From: the human T2T-CHM13v2.0 reference genome, Homo sapiens
Strand: one strand, 5' to 3'
NCBI RefSeq assembly: GCF_009914755.1
Contig: NC_060927.1
DNA: 64,000 bases
In this document: positions 19,260 through 37,596 of the stretch, piece after piece
Position numbering within the stretch: position 1 is the first letter of the stretch
Layout of the letters: each line of letters starts with the position of its first letter
Notes under the pieces: generated by a model
Told to the model about the DNA's origin: nothing
Database searches by the model: none
The model's input: the letters and a program-made list of their open reading frames with translations, nothing else
Translations under genes and position numbers: made by a program

Positions 19260-20700
19260 GTATAGAATTAACTGATGAAAAATATTTTTGCTTGGAAATC
19301 TGAGGACATTTCCCACTGTTTTCTATCCGTGTTGGTGTTGAAAAGATACCATTCTGATTCCTGATCATCACTGGGTTTCATATGTTTTTATCTTGATAAT
19401 GTAAATGATCTATTTTCCCCAGTGTTTTAAAATTTCACGATGTGCCTTGACCTCAGTAAATTTCTATTGTGTAGGTGGGGCACAAGTGGGCCCTTTTAGT
19501 CTAGAAGCTCACTTCCTTCTATTTTGGGACATTTTTGAATTATTTCTTTGATGATTTCCCTCCTGCCAATTCTCTATTGTTTTCTGGAACTCCAGTTATT
19601 TGAAAGTTATGTCTTATGAATTATCCTCTAATTTTGTTTATCTTCTTTCTCATTTTCCATCTTGTGGTTTTGACTGGTGTTCTGGAAATGGTTTCAACTT
19701 CATCTTCTAATCCTTCTATTAATTTTTTAGTATTGCTGTCATTGTACCGTCATTGTATTCTCTGAATGTCACTTTTCCTTAGCCTCCTATTCTTTTCTGA
19801 TCTCTGTGAGAATATTAATAATTATTTTCCCAGGTTTTATTTTCTCTACTATTCTGCTTCCTCCCAGTAGTGGTAAATTTATGAGATTCGGCCCCAGTCT
19901 GTCACATTAGATACTTCCTCAATTGACTGATATTTCCTAGCTGTCCATTCATGTTTAAAAATGGAACACTGAGAAACCAAATAAAATATTTTTGGGGGCC
20001 TACTCAGCCATGGGTTATAGGATGGTATGGCTGGACCATTTCTCTGAGTATTTCTAATGTTGCTATCTTTCATCTTTCCTCTTAGAAGGAGTAGAATCTG
20101 CAGAGAAGGCAGGCATAAATCTGGCTACCAGTAGGATGGTAAACTTGGATCTCAATATCTGATATGTAAATGCCACTTAATCACCCTGCTTTCACAATTG
20201 TACCCCCACTTTCAACTGTGCCTGGTGTTACATCGGTTCAAAGACTCTCTGCTTTTAATATTTCCAGAAAACAAATCTGTAAACCTTTTGTCTACTGACT
20301 GGCAGTGTGCAGTGGAGAAGATGAGGGGTGAGGGAGCTGTGCAGCTTCTAATTTCATCATAAAGTAGACTTTCACTTAGTTCTATTTTAACTCTGCCTTC
20401 AGCCCCACTTCCAGGGGCACCTGGTAACACTAGTTATAAAGACTGTTGAGAGTTCTGCAACAGAAGCTGGGTTGCTTCTTGACTTTTCCTGTCACTGACA
20501 GTATTTTGCTTTATTTTGGCGGCTAAGTCATTTATCACTCATACAGTCTTCCCCAATGCCGTATTATTGTAGATGTCATATCCTTGCCTGTTCTTCTTGT
20601 CCTTATAAGGGTATTTTTCTCCTTTTGTGGATCCCTCACTGTCTCTTACATGATGTTTCAGAGTACATGAAAACTAAGTAGTCAATCTGCCACCTTTCAA
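19260..20700 (-). mobile_element. Degraded ancient L1M fragments
   Basis: T-rich antisense L1 ORF1-like text; boundaries uncertain. Confidence 0.4.
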
Positions 20701-21467
20701 ACAAGTCTCTCAATATAAAACCAGTGAACATCACCCCTTTCTCTATACATTAACCTTCCCTACCAGACCTTATTCCACACAATGCTTATGGCAGTTACTC
20801 AGTAAATAGTAGGCTGGCCCCAAATCAGCACTATATGAACATGCGTGGAATGGCTGATACATCTCCTCACAATGTCATCACTTAAAGCCTCACCCATATT
20901 CACCCTTCTTTGTCTTTCTTTCTCCAGTCCAGGTGCCATGCACACTGAACCTGTGATCTCCAAATAGAGCCCTGCTCTCTCCCACATCTGAGTCTCTACA
21001 TATGCTCTTCCCTGTAACTAGAATGCGACCTTTCTTCTTTGTTAACTCTCAGTTTGAGATTAAGGTCTGTTCTATAAATCACTAACCCTTACCACAAAAT
21101 TTTGGGATATTTGGCCTTTGTGCACTCAGATAACTATGTATTTACCTTTTTATAGCACTTGATGTGGATATATACATATATATGTTTACTTACTTTTTCT
21201 GCCACTAGAATATCAGTTTGTCTAGAACAGAGTTTGCATTATTAACCTCAGGCATCCTCAAGCCGTAACTCAGTGCCTATAATTGGATACACTTTTGGAA
21301 GTAAAGAAAGGAAGGAAAGCATGTGTGAAAAGTAGGAAGAGAGAAAGAGAGAGAGAGGAGGAAGACAGGAAGAGAGGGAGGGATTAATCCTGGCATTCAG
21401 TTCCATTTTACCTGTGTCTTCATTCAAACCCTTTTTCAGCTCACATTTGACTATTTTCCATTAACTT

Positions 21468-21860
21468 GTATGGTAGATTTTATTATTGCTCTCAGGCACA
21501 TGCTGCCCATCCTTATAGGAAGATTTTAGTCCCTACCCCATTGGCAGCCAATTTAGCCATATGACAAGTGTTGCCCATTGAAATGTGAGTGGAAGTTATG
21601 TACCACTTTAGAGCAGAAGCTTTAAAACTATTGTGTGGTTCATCCATATTTCCTTATTTTTACCACAAGACCAACAATGTCCCAGATAGGGATTGATTAT
21701 TCTTTCTGGAGCCTGAAAAGAAGACGATGTGGAGCAGAGCTACAGTTGATCTGCAGTGAAACTGACTTCCATGCAGATAGGGAAATAAACCTTTGTTATT
21801 GTAAGCCACAGATTGGGAGTTGTTTGATATTGCACAATAACTTAGCCTAAGCTGAATTAT
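21468..21860 (+). mobile_element. MLT1 (I/J-like) solo LTR
   Basis: gaaatgtgagtggaagt, gaaataaacctttgttattgtaagccac, ataacttagcctaagctga. Confidence 0.7.
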
Positions 21861-22848
21861 AGGTACAGCTGGTGACAGTGCCATGGATATTCAATACAAG
21901 AAGTGTCATAAAATTGGAGAACCTAACAGTTAAAGAAGGTCATCCTATTAGCCTCGCATCCAACAGAGCAATCCTTTGCCCAGTTCCCTGGGCCTTTTAA
22001 ACTCTGCTCAAATTCCTTTGATATCAGGGAAGGAAGTCATCAGATTGTTCAGTTCATTTCATTACTGGAATTCAACTTGTTAAAATATTCCAGTTGGTTT
22101 TCCCCGACTGGTTCTAGTTCTGCTACCTGGAGCCACCCAGAAAAATTCACTCTGTATTCCATAGCATAGAACTTCTTCAGTTTTTAGAAGTTTAGTCATG
22201 TCCAAACTAAGCGTTTCCAGTCCTTACTTTGTTAAATGACTTAGAAGATGAGATTGAAGTTCTTCTGACTCTTTAGGATGAATAAAAATGTTCTTTCTAG
22301 TTCAAATGTCCTCTGATTACTTGTATATTCCACAAATGGAAAGAGTACTTTAAAAATAAATTTTCCTCAGTTTTACAATTTTAAAATTCACAGAAACATG
22401 CAATCAATTAGCTTGATTTTTAGTAAAATAAATTACAAATATTTTGCCAATGTGCTTTCAAAAAAGCCTTTTTTAAATGCACATGATTTGGTTAACATGT
22501 CTTAAACTAAGGCGCATTTTAAATGCTTCCAAACAGTCAAGAGGAATATAGCCCTATGTAGATGTCACTACATTCTTAGGAAACCCATAATGGTTTTATT
22601 CAAATGAGCTTTTCACTGATTTATGCATTGTGTTGCTTTTGAATACCCAAAGAGGCAATTGTTAGAAAAAATAGACCGATCAACTCCAGAAGGTGGAAGA
22701 AAGTCATGGTCAAGTAACAGGGAAAAAGAAATTTAGCTTTGAATAAACAGTTTCCTTTCTCTCATTGATCCTTTCTATTTAATTACAAAAGTAAATCATG
22801 AATGTATACTTATTATAAAAAATTCAAACACTGTTGAACTCTACAAAG

Positions 22849-23745
<897 letters not shown>

Positions 23746-23949
23746 TTATTGTATACATATTATTCTTTGGCATATCTTGCACTTTCCGCTTCAGAAAGCT
23801 TTCCATGTCAGAACACATATATCTACCTTATTTTTTAAATGTGAGCTTTGCTTTTAATTATAGAAGTAACATATGCACATGATTTTAAAAACCAGAATAG
23901 TAAAAATCTCCTGACTTTGATTTTCAGAAATAATAGAGTAGGTAATTCA

Positions 23950-25740
23950 GATCAACTCTCCTCTAAGATACCAGAAGAATCATATCAAATATTTTTTAAC
24001 TGTTTAGAAGAACTTAAAAGTTAACAAAACAGTGGAGAATTAGCAAGCTAGTATTTGGGGGAGAACAGAGGTACAGGGAGAAGAGCCCAGTCTCTGGCGC
24101 TGATGTTTCCCTGACAGACTAACAGGGGATCCAAACATTGGGATTATCAGTTATCAGTGAAATAACTGTGCTTATGCTCAAGGAAATAAGAGGCAAGATT
24201 CAGAATTTCAGAAGAGAACTAGAAACTATAGAAAATAATCAAGTGGAAATCCTAACAGTGAAAAATACAACAAAATAACAAGGATAAATTACTCACTAGA
24301 TGAATTCAAATGCAGATTGGAAACATCTGAAGAGCAAATTAGTGGCTTAGAAGTAAAGTTAGGAGAAAATATTCAGCATAGAGCATGGGGAGACAAAAGG
24401 ACAGGAGGAAAAAAATGCAGAAGCAAGGGTATGCATCAGTCAGGGTTCTCCAAAGAAACAACCAATAGCATATACAGAGCTATATATAAGAGGAGATTCG
24501 TCTCACATGGTTATGTAGGCTAAGTCCCACAATGTGCCACCTGCAGTCTGGAGAACCAGGTAAGCTACAGGTGTAATTCATTCCCAGTCCAGAGGCCTAA
24601 GAGCCGGGGGTTAGGGTGGGGGTGGGGGATGGTGTAGGTCTTAGAGTCTGAACAAAAAGCTCTGATGTCCAAAGGCAGGAGAAGATATATGGTTTTTGGT
24701 TTTTGTATTGTTTTGTTTCCCTTTTTCTGACTTCTTATTTCATCCTGGCCCTCAACACATGGGATGATGCTGGCCCACACTGGAGAAGGTAGATCATCTT
24801 TACTAAATCTATCAATTCACATATTAATCTCTTCTACACCAGAAGTAATGTTTTACCAGCTATCTGGCCATTCCTTAACATAGTCAAGTTGACACATAAG
24901 ATTAACCATCACAGGGCAAAAGATATTCAGGATTCTGTGAAGTCTAACTTGTGTTTAAATGAATTCTTAGAAGGAGGCAAGATGGACCATAAAAAGACAG
25001 TAGTATTTGAAGAGATAATGGTTGAGAACTTTCCGAAACATATGCAAGACATCAACCAATAAGTCAAGAAGCCCAATGAACCACAAACAGGAGGAGCCAA
25101 AAAAAACAAAAAAACAAAAAACAAAAAAAAACAAAAAAAAAACAAAAAAACACCCTGGACATATAAAACTACTGCTATGCAAAGACAACAAGAAAATCAG
25201 CTGAAGAAAAATGTTAGCTAAACCTTCTAAGGAATATCAATAAAACTGAAAGTTAATTTCTCAACAGAAACAATAGAAGCCAAAATTCAGTTGAATGGCC
25301 TCTTAAAAGTGCTGTAAGAGAAATAAAAACACTGCAAACCTAGAATTTCAGTGAAAATATTTTTTAAAAACAAAGGTTAAAAAAAAAAGGCTTGCAGAAA
25401 AAAATCTGACAGAATTCATCACCAGTGGACTCTCACCAATGGCAACACTAAGGGCTCTCCAGAGGCAGAAGAAAAATTATCTCTGTGGAAGGATAACACT
25501 ATAGGGCAGAATGAAGATCAATAAAAATAGGGATAAGTCTATATAAATATTGAGTTATGAAACTGGAATAATAAAGTCTCAAGAGGTTTAAAGTATCTTT
25601 AAATTAAAATACACATATAAGTCAGAGAGAGTAAATGAAAATTAATGTGTGCTAAGGTCCTTGCATTATTTTGGAAGGGGAAAGTTCCAATTAATATGAA
25701 ACTTTTATAAATTAATAATGCAAGTTGAAATATCTAGGGA
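23950..25740 (+). mobile_element. Old L1M 5'/ORF1 fragment interrupted by MLT2
   Basis: ORF1-like gagataatggttgagaactttcc and tctcaacagaaacaatagaagcc; boundaries approximate. Confidence 0.6.
24432..24913 (-). mobile_element. MLT2 (ERVL) solo LTR
   Basis: tcagtcagggttctcc...agtcaagttgacacataagattaaccatcaca; 5-bp TSD gggta/gggca. Confidence 0.85.
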
Positions 25741-26525
25741 GATCATTCTATTTCTAAATCATAGAGTTTTTATGATAAATGGATTTGAAGTCTTTCAAAT
25801 GGTTTTTCCAAATCTTTTAAGACTATCATCTAATTCCCCCCTGCTTAAATTATTAATGTGGTAAATTCATTAATGAAATTTTCAACATTAAACCAATCGT
25901 GAGTCCCTACAATATAACAGTTTTGACATCACCTACTATATTTTTATGTATATTGCCCTGATTAAATCTGCCAATATTTTGGGGGTTTTGTAATATATTT
26001 GCACCTAGGTTTATAAGTTAATTGACTCACAATTTACTGTTCTTTTACTGTCTCTGCCAAATTTTGGAGCCATGGTTATTTTAATACTATAAGTTGAATT
26101 GGGAAGTGTTCCATTGTTTTCAGTTGTCTAAATGACTTTGGACAAGATTAATCTTATCCTTTACTTTAACATTTTTAAAAATTATCTGTAAAACTACCTG
26201 AATCGATTTGTTTTATTTTCTTTGTTTTGTTGTGGAAGGATTATTTTGTTTTCATTATACCAGTTTTGTTCATTTATATTTTGTGCATGTGTGTGCTTTA
26301 TCATTTGGGGGTCCCTTTTCAAAGAACTAACTTTTGGCCATGATGATCTTACTTATTATATATTTGTTTTCTATTTCTTTACCTTTAGCTCTTACTTTTT
26401 ATTATCTCATTACTTCTCTTTTTCTTGTATTTACTCTTTTGTTCTTTTTCGAAGTCCTTAGCTTTGACACCTAGCTCATTAAACTTCAGCCTGTTCTAAT
26501 AAAAGTTGTTAAAAATACTTATAAA

Positions 26526-26918
<393 letters not shown>

Positions 26919-27234
26919 TTAATTCTGAGTATTATTTTTTCTCCTTATGATATTTTTTCTGGTCGATTCAGAGATGCCTTACATTTTCCAAAAGAACTAG
27001 ATTTTTATCCCAAGTTTCTTTTTCTTTCTGTAAATGTCCTTAAATTATAGACATACCATGTGGTGTGTATGATATAGATTCTTTGGTATTTTGGAGTTGT
27101 TTTGTAACCTAAAGCATGGTCAATATTTGTAGATGCTCCATGTGTGCTTAACAAAAATATGCTTTCTTTAATTAATTGGTAAATGTTTCTAAATGCATCT
27201 GTATTGAATCAACCCCATTAATTGTGTTGTTTAG

Positions 27235-27925
27235 AAAACAATTTACAAAATCAATGGCATTTCTGTACACCAACAATAAACAGTTAGAAACTGAAATTTT
27301 TTAATGATACCAACCATTTGCAAAGGCATTAAAAAAAATTGAGTACCTGACAAAGCGTGTTAAGACTTCTGTGAAGAAAATTATAAAGCTTTATTGAAAA
27401 GCAGTAAATAAGATTTAAATAACTGAAGAGAGACACTTTGCTTATAGTTTGGAAGACTCAATATTATAAAGAAGTCGGTTTTCCCCATTATGTTTGTGTG
27501 TGTGTGCAAATTGACAAGTGACTCGAAGTACAAATAACCAAGAATATTTAAGACAGGCTTAAAGAAGAATGAAATATCAATATTTATTATAAAACTGTGA
27601 TAATTACAACAGTATGGAATTGATGCAGAGAGAGACAAATAGATGAATAAGGCATTTTTGTCCTATAGAAATAGGGAAAAAAGAAAACAAGATAAATAAG
27701 GCAGTATGGAAACCCAGAAATAGACCCAATTATGCGTGTGTACTTTATGACAGAGGTGATGCTGCAAATCAGAGGGGAAAGTTTTCTCAATAAATAGAGC
27801 TGGAGCAGTAGGTTATCCTTATTTTAAAAAGAAAATAAATTTAACACCTACTTCTCACTATATACAAAACTTATTTCCAGGTAAATTATAATTCTAACTA
27901 TAAAAGTTGAAACTAAAACTTTACT
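27235..27925 (+). mobile_element. Old L1M ORF2 fragment (appears to continue at about 37630-38330)
   Basis: acaaaatcaatggcatttctgtacaccaacaa, ggaagactcaatattataaag, aacccagaaatagaccc. Confidence 0.6.
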
Positions 27926-28201
27926 TTTTAAAAATAAGTTTGGGGGTACCAGTGCAGATTTCTTATGTGCATATATTGCATAGTGGTGAAGCCTGTGATA
28001 AAAGTGTGCCCGGTGGGCAGTTCCAAGATGGCCGAATAGGAACAGCTCTAGTCTACAGCTCCCAACGTGAGTGACACAGAAGATGGGTGATTTCTGCATT
28101 TCCAACTGAGGTACTGGGTATATCTCACTGGGGCTCGTTGGACAGTGGGGGCAGGACAGCAGGTGCAGCCCACTGAGTGTGAGCTGAAGGAGGGCGAGGC
28201 A

Positions 28202-28465
28202 TCACCTCATCCAGGAAGCACAAGAGGTCAGGGAATTCCCTTTCCTAGCCAACGGAAATGGTGACAGATGGCACCTGGAAAATTGGGTCACTCCAACCCT
28301 AATACTGCACTTTTCCAAAGGTCTTAGCAAACAGCACACCAGGAGATTATATCCCACACCTGGCTCGGAGGGTCCCACGCCCACAGAGCCTCGCTCATTG
28401 CTAGCACAACAGTCTGAGATCGAACTGCAAGGCAGCAGCGAGGCTGGGGGAGGGACGCCCGCCAT
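28202..28465 (-). other. L1 antisense ORF0-like open frame (87 aa)
   Basis: MAGVPPPASLLPCSSISDCCASNERGSVGVGPSEPGVGY resembles primate L1 ORF0. Confidence 0.7.
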
Positions 28466-29037
28466 TGCTGAGGCTTGAGTAGGTAAACAAAGAGGCCAGG
28501 AAGCTCGAACTGGGTGGAGCCCACTGCAGCTCAAGGAGGTCTGCCTGCCTATGTAGACTCCACCTCTGGGGGCAGGGCATAGCTGAACAAAAGGTAGCAG
28601 AAACCTCTGTAGACTTAAATGTCCCTGTCTGACAGCTTTGAAGAGAGTAGTGGTTCTCCCAGCACGCAGCTGGAGATCTGAGAACGGACAGATTGCCTCC
28701 TCAAGTGGGTCCCTGACCTCCGACTAGCCTAACTGGGAGGCACCCCCCAGTAGGGGCAGACTGACACCTCGCACAGCCAGGTACCCCTCTGAGACAAAGC
28801 TTCCAGAGGAACGATCAGGCAGCAACATTTGCTGTTCAGCAATATTCGCTGTTCTACAGCCTCTGCTGCTGATACCCAGGCAAAGGTCTGGAGTGGACCT
28901 CCAGCAAACTCCAACAGACCTGTAGCTGAGGGTCCTGACTGTTAGAAGGAAAACTAACAAACAGAAAGGACATCCACACCAAAACCCCATCTGTATGTCA
29001 CCATCATCAAAGACCAAAGGTAGATAAAACCACAAAG

Positions 29038-30052
29038 ATGGGGAAAAAACAGAGCAGAAAAGCTGAAAATTCTAAAAATCAGAGTAACTCTCCCCTTCCA
29101 AAGGAACGCAGCTCCTCACCAGCAAAGGAACAAAGCTGGACAGAGAATGACTTTGACAAGTTGAGAGAAGAAGATTTCAGACAATCAAACTTCTCCGAGC
29201 TAAAGGAGGAAGTTCGAACCCAATGCAAAGAAGTTAAAAACCTAGAAAAAAGATTAGACAAATGGCTAACTAGAATAACCAGCGTAGAGAAGTCCTTAAA
29301 TGACCTCATTGAGCTGAAAACCATGACACAAGAACTACGTGATGGATGGGCAAGTTCATTAGCCAATTTCATCAACTGGAAGAAAGGGTATCAGTGATTG
29401 AAGATCAAATGAATGAAATGAAGCAAGAACAGAAGTTTAGAGAAAAAAGAGTAAAAAGAAATGAACAAAGCCTCCAAGAAATATGGGACTATGTGAAAAG
29501 ACCAAATCTACGTCTGATTGGTGTACCTGAAAATGATGGGGAGAATGGAACCAAGCTGGAAAACACTCTGCAGGATATTATCCAGGAGAACTTCCCCAAC
29601 CTAGCAAGGCAGGCCAACATTCAAATTCAGGAAATACAGAGAATTCCACAAAGATACTCCTCGAGAAGAGCAACTCCAAGACACATAATTGTCAGATTCA
29701 CCAAAGTTGAAATGAGACAAAAAATGTTAAGGTCAGCCAGAGAGAAAGGTCGGGTTACCCACAAAGGGAAACCCATCAGACTAACAGCGGATTGATCTGC
29801 AGAAACTCTACAAGCCAGAAGAGAGTGGGGGCCTATATTCAACGTTCTTAAAGAAAAGAATTTTCAACCCAGAATTGCATATCCAGCCAAACTAAGCTTC
29901 ATAAGTGAAGGAGAAATAAAATACTTCACAGACAAGCAAATGCTGAGAGATTTTGTCACCACCAGGCCTGCCCTACAAGAGCTCTTGAAGGAAGCACTAA
30001 ACATGGAAGGAACAACCGGTACCAGCCACTGCAAAAACATGCCAAATTGTAA
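29038..30052 (+). pseudogene. L1 ORF1p, disrupted
   Basis: MGKKQSRKAENSK start; frameshift near 29360 and stop at 29793. Confidence 0.93.
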
Positions 30053-30115
30053 AGACCATCGATGCTATAAAGAAACTGCATCAACTAACAAGCAAAATCA
30101 CCACCTAACATCATA

Positions 30116-33719
<3,604 letters not shown>

Positions 33720-34225
33720 ACAACGAGAACACTTGGACACAGGAAGGGGAACATCACATACCGGGACCTGTTGTTGGGTGGGAGAAGGGGGACGGGAAAG
33801 CATTAGGAGATATACCTAATGTAAATGATGAGTTAATGGGTGCAGCATACCAACATGGCACATGTATACATATGTAACAAACCTGCATGTTGTGCACATG
33901 TACCCTACAACTTAAAGTATAATTTAAAAAAAAAAGACAAAAAAAAGTGTACCCAACAACAAAATGGTGAGCATTGTACCCAATAGGCAATTTCTCAACC
34001 TTCACCCCTTCCCACCCTTCTACCTTTTGAAGTCTCCAACATCTATTATTCCACTCTGTATGTTCATGTGTACCCATTGTTTAGCTCCTGCTTATAAGTA
34101 AAGAAATGTGATATTTCACTTTCTGTTTCTGAGTTATATCACTTAGGATAATGCCCTCCAGTCTCATCCATGTTGCTGCATAAAATATTATTTCATTATT
34201 TTTTATAGCTGAATGGCATTCTATG

Positions 34226-34265
34226 GTGTGTGTGTGTGTATGTGTGTGTGTGTGTGTGTGTGTGT
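34226..34265. repeat. (TG)n microsatellite
   Basis: Direct run with one interruption. Confidence 0.95.
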
Positions 34266-34320
34266 ATCATATTGTCTTTATCCAATCATTTGTTGATAGG
34301 CAGTTATATTGGTTCCGTAT

Positions 34321-34693
34321 TGAAATGGTTTGGCTGTGTCCCCATCCAAACCTCATCTTGAATTGTAGTTCTCATAATCCCCAGATGTCGTGGGAGGCAC
34401 CCAGTGGGAGGTAACTGAATCATTGGCAGTGCTTACTCCCATGTTGTTCTCGTGATAGTGAGTGATTTCTCATGAAATCTGATGGTTTCATAAGGGGCTT
34501 TTCTCCCTTTATTCAGCACTTCTTCTTCCTGCTGTCATGTGAAGAAGGGCGTGTTTGCTTCCCCTTCCACCACGACCTAGGTTTCCTGAGCTTCCCCAGC
34601 CCTGTGGACCTGTGAGTCAATTAAACCTCTTTCCTTTATAAATTACCCAGTCTCAGGCAGTTCTTTACAACAGCATGAGAACAGACTAATACA
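34321..34693 (+). mobile_element. THE1D/MST-like MaLR solo LTR
   Basis: tgaaatggtttggctgtgtcccc...attaaacctctttcctttataaattacccagtctc...gactaataca. Confidence 0.88.
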
Positions 34694-35155
34694 CACATCT
34701 TTGCTGTTATGAATAGTACTGCAATAAACATACGATTGCAGGTATCTTTTTGAAATAATGATTTGTTTCCCCTTGAGTATATACCCAGTAGTGGGACTGC
34801 TGGATTGAATAGTATTTCTATCTTTAGTTCTTTGAGAAATCTCCATGCCATTTTCCATAGAGGTTGTACTAATTTACATTCATACCAACAGTGTATAAGT
34901 GTTCCTTTTTCTCTGTATCCTTGCCAACATCTGTTGTTTTTTGACTTTTTAATAGTAGTCACTCTGACTGGCATAAGATGGCATCTCGTTTAGTTTGAAT
35001 TTGCATTTCTCTGATGATTAGTGATGTTGAACATTTTTTTCATATGTTTGTTGGCTGCTTGTAAGTCTTCTTTTGAAAAATGTCTGTTCATGTCCTTACC
35101 CACTGTTTAATGAGATTATTTGTTTTGTTCCTGTTGAGTTGTTTGAGTTCCTTGC

Positions 35156-37596
35156 TGATATGGTTTGGCTGTGTCCTCACCCAAATCTCATCTTGAATTG
35201 TAGCTCCCATAATTCCCACATGTCATGGGAGGCACACAGTGGGAGGTAACTGAATCATGGGGGCAGGTCTTTCCCATGCTGTTCTCATGATAGTGAATAA
35301 GTCTCATGAGATCTGATGATTTTATAAAGGGGAGTTCCCCTGCACATGCTCTGTTGCCTGCCACCATGTGAAACTTAAAAATAAGTTTGGGGGTACCAGT
35401 GCAGATTTCCTATGTGCATATATTGCATAGTGGTGAAGCCTGTGATAAAAGTGTACCCAACAACAAAATGGTGAGCATTGTACCCAATAGGCAATTTCTG
35501 AACCTTCACCCCTTCCCACCCTTCTACCTTTTGGAGTCTCCAGCGTCTATTATTCCACTCTGTGACTTTCCTCCTCATTTGCCTTCTGCCATGATTGTGA
35601 GGAATCCCCAGCCATGTGGAATGGTGAGTCAATAAAACCTCTTTCCTTTATAAATTACCCAGTCTCAGGTATGTCTTTATTAGCAGTGTGAGAACAAACT
35701 AATACAGTAAATTGGTACTGGTAGAGTAGGGTGCTGCTCTAAAGATACCCAAAAATGTGGTAGCGGCTTTGGAACTGGGTAACAAGCAGAGGTGGAACAG
35801 TTTGGAGGGCTTAGAAGACAGGAAGATCTGGGAAAGTTTGGAACTTCCTAGAGACTTGTTGAATGGCTTTGACCAAAATGCTGATGGTGATATAGACAAT
35901 AAGGTCCAGGCTGAGGCGGTCTCAGATGGAGATGCGGAACTTGTTGGGACCCAGAATAAAGGTCACTCCTGCTATGCAAAGTGACTGGAGGTGTTTCACC
36001 CCTGCCCTAGAGATCTGTGGAACTTTGAATTTGAGAGAGATGATTTAGGGTATCTGGCAGAAGAAATTTCTAAGTGGCAAAGTGTTCAAGAGGAAGCAGA
36101 GCATAAAAGTTTGGAAAATGTGCAGTCTGATAATGCAATAGAAAAGAAAAAAACATTTTCTGGGGAGAAATTCAAGCCTGCTGCAGAAATTTGCATAAGT
36201 AACAAGGAGCCAAATGTTAATCACCAAGACAATGGGGAAAATGTCTCCAGGACATGTCAGAGACCCTTGTGGCAGTCCTCCTATCATAGGTCTGGAGGCA
36301 TAGGAGGAAAAAATGCTTTCATGGTCCAGGTCCAGGACCTCCCTGCTGTGTGCAGCCTAGGGACTTGGGGCCCTGTACTCTAGCCACTCCAGTGTGGTTA
36401 AAAGAGGCCAAGATACAGCTCCAGCCATGGCTTCAGAGGATGCAAGCCCCAAGCCTTGGCAGTTTCCACGTGATATTGAGCCTGTGGGTGCACAGAAGTC
36501 AAGAATCAAGATTTGGGAACCTCTGCCTAGATTTCAGAGGATGTATGGAAATGTCTGGGTGCCCAGACAGAAGTTTGCTGCAGGGTCAGGGCCCTCATGA
36601 AAAACCTCTGCTAGGGCAGTGTGGAAGGGAAATATGGGGTTGGAGGCTGCACACAGAGCCCCCACTGGGACACTGCCTATTGGAGCTGTGAGAAGAGGGC
36701 CACCATCCTCCAGACCCCAGAATGGTAGATCCACCAACAGCTTGCACTGTGCACCTGGAAAAGCCACAGACACAACACCAGCCCAAGAAAGCAGCCAGGA
36801 GAGGAGCTGTATCCTGCAAAGCCACAGGGGCAGAGCTTCCCAAGGCCATGGGAGCCCACCTCTTGCATCAGCATGATCTGGATGTGAGATGTGGAATCAA
36901 AGGAGATCATTTCAGAGCTTTAAAATTTGACTGCCTTGTTGGATTTTGGACTTGCATGGGGCCTGTAGCCCCTTCATTTTGGTCAATTTCTCCCATTTGG
37001 AATGGCTGTATTTACCCAATGCCTGTACCCTCATCGTATCTAAGAAGTAACTAACTAGCTTTTGATTTTTCAGGCTGATAGGTGGAAGGGACTTGCCTTG
37101 TCTCAGATAAGACTTTGAACTGTGGACTGTTGAGTTAAGGCTGAAATGAGTTAAGACTTTGGGGGACTATTAAGAAGTCATGATTGGTTTTGAAATGTGA
37201 GGATGAGATTTGGGAGGGGCCATGAGTGGAATGATATGGTGTGGCTGTGTCTGCACCCAAATCTCATCTTCAGTTGTAACTTGCATAATTCCTACATGTC
37301 ACGGGAGGCACCCAGTGGGAGGTAATTGAATCATGGGGCAGCAGGTCTTTCCATGCTTTTCTTGTGATAGGGAATAAGTCTCATGAGATCTGATAGTTTT
37401 ATAAAGGGGAGTTCCCCTGCACACACTCTCTTGCCTGCCACCATGTAAGACATGACTTTGCTCCTCATTTGCCTTCTGTCATGATTGTGAGGCCTCCCCA
37501 GCCATGTGGAACTGAGAGTCAATTAAACCTCTTTCCATTATAAATTACCCAGTCTTGGGTATGTCTTTATTAGCAGCATGAGAACAGACTAATACA
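35156..37596 (+). mobile_element. Full-length THE1C-like MaLR provirus (LTR 35156-35706, internal 35707-37231, LTR 37232-37596)
   Basis: Two direct LTRs tgatatgg...ctaataca; internal gtaaattggtac start and purine tract; TSD cttgc/cttgt. Confidence 0.93.
35369..35563 (+). repeat. Local duplicate of 27908-28011 joined to 33955-34059, inserted in the THE1C 5' LTR
   Basis: About 5-6 mismatches over ~190 bp by manual alignment; absent from the 3' LTR. Confidence 0.93.

Noticed and set aside
35757-37054. Cluster of overlapping ORFs
   Set aside because: Fragments of the decayed THE1 internal region, not host genes.
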